From a virus, in IMG/VR virus record IMGVR_UViG_3300045988_001928, positions 1 to 11,192 of that record: a stretch of DNA of 11,192 nt; one strand, 5' to 3'. The notes under the pieces were generated by a model. The model saw only the letters and a list, made by a program, of their open reading frames with translations, searched no databases and was not told the DNA's origin. This document shows, one piece after another, positions 6,584-11,192 of the stretch (position 1 is the stretch's first letter; the number at the start of each line of letters is the position of its first letter). The position numbers were made by a program, and so were the translations under genes.

Positions 6584-7152
6584 AATACAGCGAACTATTT
6601 ACAACGGGTAACGGGATATTCGCAACCGTTTTCAAGACCGAATATCCGACAGAGTACGCCGCAATTTTCGGCGATACCGCACCCGAAAAGTTAGACGCTT
6701 ACGCCTTACTGATGTACGGCGGCAAGACAGTTGTAAGCAGCATAACCAGCGACAACGCAAAAGATGTTGTTTCGGCGGTTATTGCGGTAAACGTGCAAGG
6801 TTGGGAACGGGAAGCGGCGGCGATGTTAGCCGATTACGATGTACTGACACCCGTAACGGGCAACGTGGAACGTACCGAAACAGTTACTTTGCAGGAAAGC
6901 ACCGACAACACCGAAACGGGCGCAAACAAGGCTTTCAACGACACCGATTTTTCAGACAGCGACCGAAAGACCGCCAACGATGAGAGAAACCGCACAGAAA
7001 GCCGCAAAACGACCGAAACAAGCAAAGGAACGGGCGCAAGCAAATCAATTTCGGGCGAAATTGCAAAAGAATTGCAGTTAAGGCGTGATAATTGGCGAAA
7101 AAATATTATCTTCGCACTTGTAAGAGAGATTACAACGAGTATTTACGAATAA
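6580..7152 (+). CDS. Hypothetical assembly/structural protein (190 aa); scaffold or head-tail adaptor candidate by position
   Basis: ATGA overlap with the connector gene stop at 6580..6583. It lies between the connector and major capsid genes. The centre is polar and disorder-like and the C-terminus is basic and helical. Confidence 0.6.
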   Translation: MKYSELFTTGNGIFATVFKTEYPTEYAAIFGDTAPEKLDAYALLMYGGKTVVSSITSDNAKDVVSAVIAVNVQGWEREAAAMLADYDVLTPVTGNVERTETVTLQESTDNTETGANKAFNDTDFSDSDRKTANDERNRTESRKTTETSKGTGASKSISGEIAKELQLRRDNWRKNIIFALVREITTSIYE

Positions 7153-7173
7153 CTAATTTTAATTTTTAGCAAT

Positions 7174-8364
7174 ATGGAAATAAAACAGATTTACACGCTT
7201 ATTAACAGCGTATCGGGTGAGGTGTTGGGGCGTACTGATATTGTCGCCGAAGACCTTACTGGCATTGTGGATTTAGGCACGGAAGTGTTTAACCAAAATG
7301 CGGTTGACAATTACGTAAAATCACTTGTAAACCATATCGGCAAGGTGATTTTCGTAAACCGACCTTATGTGGGTAAAGTGCCGAGCGTTTTAATGGATGC
7401 TTGGGAGTTTGGAAGCGTATTGGAAAAAATAAGTGCCGATGTTCCCGAAGCCGAGGAAAACGACACGTGGAACTTGAAGGACGGGCATACCTATTCGCAA
7501 GATGTGTTCCACAAACCGACCGTTTCGGCAAAGTTTTTCAACTCAAAGGTTACGTTTGAAGTGCCCGTATCAATCACCGAAAGACAGGTTAAGGAAAGTT
7601 TCAGCAACGCCGCACAGTTGAACGGCTTTATTTCGATGATTTATGCAGCGGTTGAAAAGAGCATGACAATTAAGGCAGACGCTTTAATCATGCGCACAAT
7701 TAACAACATGATTGCGGAAACCGTTTTGGCTGATGCGGTTGCATTTGGCGGTACGGTAGGCGACCTTACAAGTGCCACCCTTTCAAGTGCCAGCACTGCA
7801 AGATGCGTAAACCTTTTGAAGTTGTACAACGACAAGACAGGGGCAGAAACACCGCTTACGGCTGCAAAGGCGATAACCGACCCCGATTTTATCCGCTTTG
7901 CGTCTTACGTAATGGGAACTTACGCCGACCGTCTCCAAAGCATTTCCACCGTGTTCAATGTTGGTGGCAAGGAAAGGTTTACCCCGAAAGATATGTTACA
8001 CGTTGTACTTTTGTCTGACTTTGCAAAGTCGGCGCAAACCTATCTTTATTCTGACACCTACAACCGTGGCGATGTACTGTTACCGCAAGCCGAAACAGTA
8101 CCGTTTTGGCAAGGCAGCGGCAAGAACTACGCCTTTGAGAACACTGGGCATATCACGGTTAAGGAAAGCGGCGGCAAAAGCGTTGAAATTTCGGGCGTGT
8201 TGGGCGTAATGTTCGACCGTGATGCGTTGGGCGTTTGCAATCTTGACAGACGGGTAACAACGAACTACAACGCAAAGGCAGAGTTTTTCAACAACTATTA
8301 CAAGTTTGACGCAGGGTATTTCAACGATACAAACGAAAACTTTGTAGTATTCTTTATTGAGTAA
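7174..8364 (+). CDS. Major capsid protein, 396 aa
   Basis: The position follows the connector and scaffold-slot genes. DNYVKSLVNHIGKVIFVN parallels recalled phi29 gp8 NDFITSLVDRIGLVVIRQ. The gene is followed by the strongest terminator in the window. Confidence 0.8.
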   Translation: MEIKQIYTLINSVSGEVLGRTDIVAEDLTGIVDLGTEVFNQNAVDNYVKSLVNHIGKVIFVNRPYVGKVPSVLMDAWEFGSVLEKISADVPEAEENDTWNLKDGHTYSQDVFHKPTVSAKFFNSKVTFEVPVSITERQVKESFSNAAQLNGFISMIYAAVEKSMTIKADALIMRTINNMIAETVLADAVAFGGTVGDLTSATLSSASTARCVNLLKLYNDKTGAETPLTAAKAITDPDFIRFASYVMGTYADRLQSISTVFNVGGKERFTPKDMLHVVLLSDFAKSAQTYLYSDTYNRGDVLLPQAETVPFWQGSGKNYAFENTGHITVKESGGKSVEISGVLGVMFDRDALGVCNLDRRVTTNYNAKAEFFNNYYKFDAGYFNDTNENFVVFFIE

Positions 8365-8392
8365 CTCAATAAGTATTAGATTGTTTAACTTT

Positions 8393-8440
8393 GGGCGGTG
8401 TGGGTGCATGTGAAAGCGCACCGCACCGCCTTTTTTCTTT
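8393..8440 (+). terminator. Rho-independent terminator after the capsid gene
   Basis: GC-rich stem ggcggtgtgg(g)tgc paired with gcaccgcaccgcc, about 13 bp with one bulge and one G-U pair, followed by TTTTTTCTTT. Confidence 0.75.
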
Positions 8441-8446
8441 GCAGAT

Positions 8447-8890
8447 ATGACAACGATAAACTTTTATTCATACAACGGACACCCTAACACGGTAAACAAG
8501 CAATTAGGAGACTTTACGGCGATTGAGGGCGATTTGCGGCAAACTTTCGATGTGTTGCGCCCGACCGTAACACTACGAAAGCATCCCCGACCGACTTTCA
8601 ATTATTGTTACATACCCGATTTAGGGCGTTATTATTTCGTGGATAGGGTAAGTTTTGAGGGAAACAACGCCTACGAACTTACGTTGCATGTTGACGTGCT
8701 TAAAACCTACGAAAGCGAAATTTTGGCGGCAACTGGGCGTGTATCTGAAAGCGACAACCCCGACCCGTATATTTCAAACCGTGAAACGGTTTACAAGCGC
8801 ACCCCGAATTTTGAGAAAGTACCTTTTGCAAATACGGGCTTACTGAATGAAACTGGTGGAATTATTATGGTAACATTAAAAGGAAATTAA
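8447..8890 (+). CDS. Tail protein (147 aa) resembling the N-terminal domain of the phi29 gp9 tail knob
   Basis: NYCYIPDLGRYYFVDRVSFEGNNAYELTLHVDVLKTYESEI parallels recalled gp9 [48 protein letters not shown]. Confidence 0.55.
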   Translation: MTTINFYSYNGHPNTVNKQLGDFTAIEGDLRQTFDVLRPTVTLRKHPRPTFNYCYIPDLGRYYFVDRVSFEGNNAYELTLHVDVLKTYESEILAATGRVSESDNPDPYISNRETVYKRTPNFEKVPFANTGLLNETGGIIMVTLKGN

Positions 8891-8893
8891 AAT

Positions 8894-10504
8894 ATGGCAA
8901 CATGGACTAACAACGTACCTAACACGTTTTATCCTGACGGTGGCAACACGTTTACAAATAGTGTTGGCACTTTCGACCTTGAATGTGAAAAAGGTTATAT
9001 TTTTGATGGGGATATAACCGTAAAATATAACGGTAATACAACTATCATATTAGAGCAAAACGAAACGAAAACGAAGGCTACAAAAGCGGTATCAAATTAT
9101 ATTGGAACATATGGCGTTACTTTTAAAGGCAAGACCAAACAGGTGTCATCGCCTAAACCGCCGTTTACAGGGCAAAACAACGTACCTAACACAGCATACA
9201 CGGATAACAGCGATTACGATGCGGAAACGCTGAATTTCGTGCTTACGTGCGATAATGGGTATATATTTGACGGGCAACCGACATTCAAATATAGGAACGG
9301 TAATACAGGCTTATTTGAAACCGTTACGGGAGTGTTAAGTGAAAACGACACCGTAGCCACGTTCACGGGAACAGGGTATTACGATAGTAGCGAGGTTGTA
9401 ATAAATGGAAACACCAAGAAAAAAGAAGAGCCAAAGGTATATTTTAAAGTTACCACAGGTTTAACAAATTGTAAGGGTGTGAATATTCCCGAACAATACG
9501 AGGCGGACACGGAAGTGACAATAACGCTAAAAGCCAACACAAATGCTGAATTTGTAAGCGATGAACCCCGCCGCCCAGTTGTGCAACTTTATGACAAATA
9601 CGGTGATTTTACAGCGTTTCCGATGAATATAAGCGAGGATAAGAAAACCGCAAGTTTAACCATATTGTTAGACACTGAAAAATACGACCCAAGCAAAGGT
9701 ATTTACATAGGAGCGGACGCCGAAGTTACCAGCGTAATAGGTGAACATTACGGTGCAATTAATGTGTATTTGGTAACGCTTGATGATTTGGAAGCCTTTT
9801 CTAAAAAGCGGTTTTTCCGTGAAACGGGTAAAGACCCGAGTACGGGCGTTGAAATATACGAAAACATTGATTTAGGCGAATATGTTAACCGAATAAAGCG
9901 TATTTATACGAATATCAATTCAAAAGGGCAGGACGTTATACGATGTGGCAATTACAACACGGAAGTAAACGCAAATATACCTGAAACGGATAAAATAACG
10001 CTTGATTTCGGCACGGCGGTTGTACCAGCGCACAATGAGGACAACACCGACTACGAAAGCGAAATACAAATCTTTTTGCCGTTTGCGGGCTTTGTAAACC
10101 TCAATACCGATTATGCAGGTAAAACGATAGCTTTGCAGTACGTTATAAACGTGGTAACGGGCAACGGGGTTGCGCTTTTGTCCTGCAACGGCGTTGTATT
10201 TCAAGTTGAGGAAACAGAGCCAAGCAGCGAAATAATATACCTTTCACCAAGCACCCAAGTTAAAACCGTTGGCGGCGATGATTGGAACGAAAGGTTATAT
10301 TACGGCTTAGAACCTTACATTTACTGCAAGTGGTACGAGAGCGCAAGCAACGGGCGAAACACCGACCGACAAGCAGGCATTTTAGGCGATTTCAGAGGGT
10401 TTAATATGTTCGATGATGTTACACCCATACACACCGCCGAAATGCTGACAGAGGAACAAGAAATGATATACACGGCTTTGTCTGACGGCGTTTATATTGA
10501 GTAA
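8894..10504 (+). CDS. Large tail protein (536 aa): two tandem ~89-aa N-terminal modules plus a C-terminal region with tail-knob-like segments; probable receptor-binding / distal tail protein
   Basis: It is the largest ORF in the structural module. NNVPNT...C(E/D)(K/N)GYIFDG...(V/F)KY is repeated at aa 6-45 and 95-133. IFLPFAGFVNLNTDYAGKTIALQYVINV loosely parallels gp9 [25 protein letters not shown]. Confidence 0.6.
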   Translation: MATWTNNVPNTFYPDGGNTFTNSVGTFDLECEKGYIFDGDITVKYNGNTTIILEQNETKTKATKAVSNYIGTYGVTFKGKTKQVSSPKPPFTGQNNVPNTAYTDNSDYDAETLNFVLTCDNGYIFDGQPTFKYRNGNTGLFETVTGVLSENDTVATFTGTGYYDSSEVVINGNTKKKEEPKVYFKVTTGLTNCKGVNIPEQYEADTEVTITLKANTNAEFVSDEPRRPVVQLYDKYGDFTAFPMNISEDKKTASLTILLDTEKYDPSKGIYIGADAEVTSVIGEHYGAINVYLVTLDDLEAFSKKRFFRETGKDPSTGVEIYENIDLGEYVNRIKRIYTNINSKGQDVIRCGNYNTEVNANIPETDKITLDFGTAVVPAHNEDNTDYESEIQIFLPFAGFVNLNTDYAGKTIALQYVINVVTGNGVALLSCNGVVFQVEETEPSSEIIYLSPSTQVKTVGGDDWNERLYYGLEPYIYCKWYESASNGRNTDRQAGILGDFRGFNMFDDVTPIHTAEMLTEEQEMIYTALSDGVYIE

Positions 10505-10524
10505 CTGCAAGGCAGGATAAAAAG

Positions 10525-10560
10525 AAAGGCGGCAACTTGATTGTTACCGCCTTTTCTTTT
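10525..10560. terminator. Bidirectional terminator between convergent genes
   Basis: Hairpin aaaggcggcaac-ttgatt-gttaccgccttt with one mismatch, flanked by an A-run upstream and TTTTCTTTT downstream. It therefore reads as stem plus U-run on both strands. Confidence 0.7.
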
Positions 10561-10572
10561 GCTTTCTGATTG

Positions 10573-10926
10573 TTATTTGTCATGCAATGTTTGAATGCCC
10601 GTTAAACCGATGTACAATTTTGTGGGGAAACATTCGCAAAAGGTTTCGAACCGCTCGACCAACTTTTCAGTCGCTATAAAGTCGTATGCTTGATTTTTGC
10701 AGGCAACTTCCATTGCGAACTTGTTGCGTATATCACGGTTAAACAAGATTAGATTGTCCAGCGTATCGGCAAGCGTTTGCATACTTTCGGCAACGTTTTC
10801 AAGGTTTGTGCGAATTTCGGGCGCATTTACCGCCAAAAACTCAATGTGTTTCTTACTTTGCAATACCAAGTTTTGCATTGCGTTTAACACTTTCTGATTT
10901 TCAAAAATTAAATCTGTCGTTTTCAT
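10573..10926 (-). CDS. Hypothetical, apparently helical protein (117 aa); the only leftward gene, at the right genome end
   Basis: Clean ORF with its own promoter-like element. It has the same CAATTAAA leader, 12 nt from the ATG, as the left-end early genes. Confidence 0.6.
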   Translation of the reverse strand: MKTTDLIFENQKVLNAMQNLVLQSKKHIEFLAVNAPEIRTNLENVAESMQTLADTLDNLILFNRDIRNKFAMEVACKNQAYDFIATEKLVERFETFCECFPTKLYIGLTGIQTLHDK

Positions 10927-10958
10927 TTTTATAAAGTATTTAATTGTTTAACACTATG

Positions 10959-10989
10959 CAAATGTACGCATTTTATTTTACCTGCAAGC
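10959..10989 (-). promoter_or_regulatory. Candidate right-end early promoter (reads on the - strand gCTTG-N18-TACATTTG)
   Basis: The - strand octamer TACATTTG spans 10966 down to 10959. CTTG spans 10988 down to 10985, giving an 18-nt spacer. It is followed by (ca)TAGTGTT...CAATTAAA, as at the left end. Confidence 0.55.
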
Positions 10990-11046
10990 GGTTTGCGTGT
11001 TATTTTATGTTAAATTATTCTTTTAACTTTGTTTAACAATGTGTTC

Positions 11047-11192
11047 CACGCATAACAAAAACCGTGCCAAAGTCTGGTGCGAAATGTTAAAAAAACGGTA
11101 AGGGCGACCCATAGCAAAAAGCGTGCCAAAGTCTGTTAGCAACCGTTAAATGTGCGTTGGGAAATGTTAAATATGGGTCAGTAGCGTACCTT
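11047..11192. repeat. Right inverted terminal repeat (ITR-R), 146 bp
   Basis: Exact reverse complement of 1..146. Confidence 0.97.

Noticed and set aside
6261-6635. Several overlapping ORFs in other frames and on the other strand across the repeat region (116 aa on +, and 109, 87 and 74 aa on -)
   Set aside because: These are artefacts of the GAAAC-type low-complexity repeats, which lack stop codons in many frames. The connector frame is continuous with a well-supported gp10-like core.
10697-10897. 66-aa + strand ORF opposite the right-end gene
   Set aside because: It has no promoter or leader on the + strand, since it lies downstream of the bidirectional terminator. The - strand ORF has a matching early promoter and leader and is longer.
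1-11192. Alternative reading of ITR plus PolB as a transposon, casposon, Polinton-like element or linear plasmid
   Set aside because: There is no integrase, transposase or Cas1. The presence of a gp10-type connector, a gp16-type packaging ATPase, a capsid gene and tail genes points to an autonomous tailed phage.
1-11192. tRNA genes, integrase or repressor (lysogeny module), and alternative stop-codon usage
   Set aside because: No cloverleaf-like region or recombinase motif was seen. All called ORFs end in TAA (10) or TGA (3), with no in-frame TAG or TGA-interrupted genes suggesting recoding. The single in-frame TAA between the tail ORFs is reported separately as a low-probability readthrough site.

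Overview
The window appears to be a complete linear dsDNA genome of a very small phi29-like tailed phage that replicates by protein priming. Both ends carry a perfect 146-bp inverted terminal repeat (1..146 and 11047..11192) starting 5'-AAGGTA. Between them are 13 tightly packed ORFs, 12 on the + strand and one on the - strand at the right end.

Four products are recognisable directly from the translations:
- a family B DNA polymerase of the protein-primed type, with all Exo and Pol motifs (1857..4067)
- a phi29 gp16-like DNA encapsidation ATPase (4080..5210)
- a phi29 gp10-like head-tail connector with an unusual acidic Thr/Glu-rich repetitive C-terminal tail (5495..6583)
- a major capsid protein (7174..8364)

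Four calls are weaker. The first rests on position alone, the others also on limited motif or composition evidence:
- a terminal-protein candidate translationally coupled to the polymerase (1207..1860)
- a small YvrJ-like membrane protein (5305..5511)
- a scaffold or adaptor candidate (6580..7152)
- two tail ORFs (8447..8890 and 8894..10504), which together resemble a split gp9-type tail knob fused to duplicated receptor-binding-like modules

Expression signals look Bacteroidota-like: TAnnTTTG -7 boxes and essentially no Shine-Dalgarno sequences. That would be unusual for a phi29-like phage. No tRNA, CRISPR array, integrase or recognisable endolysin was seen. All homology statements come from recalled motifs and recalled reference sequences, not from searches.
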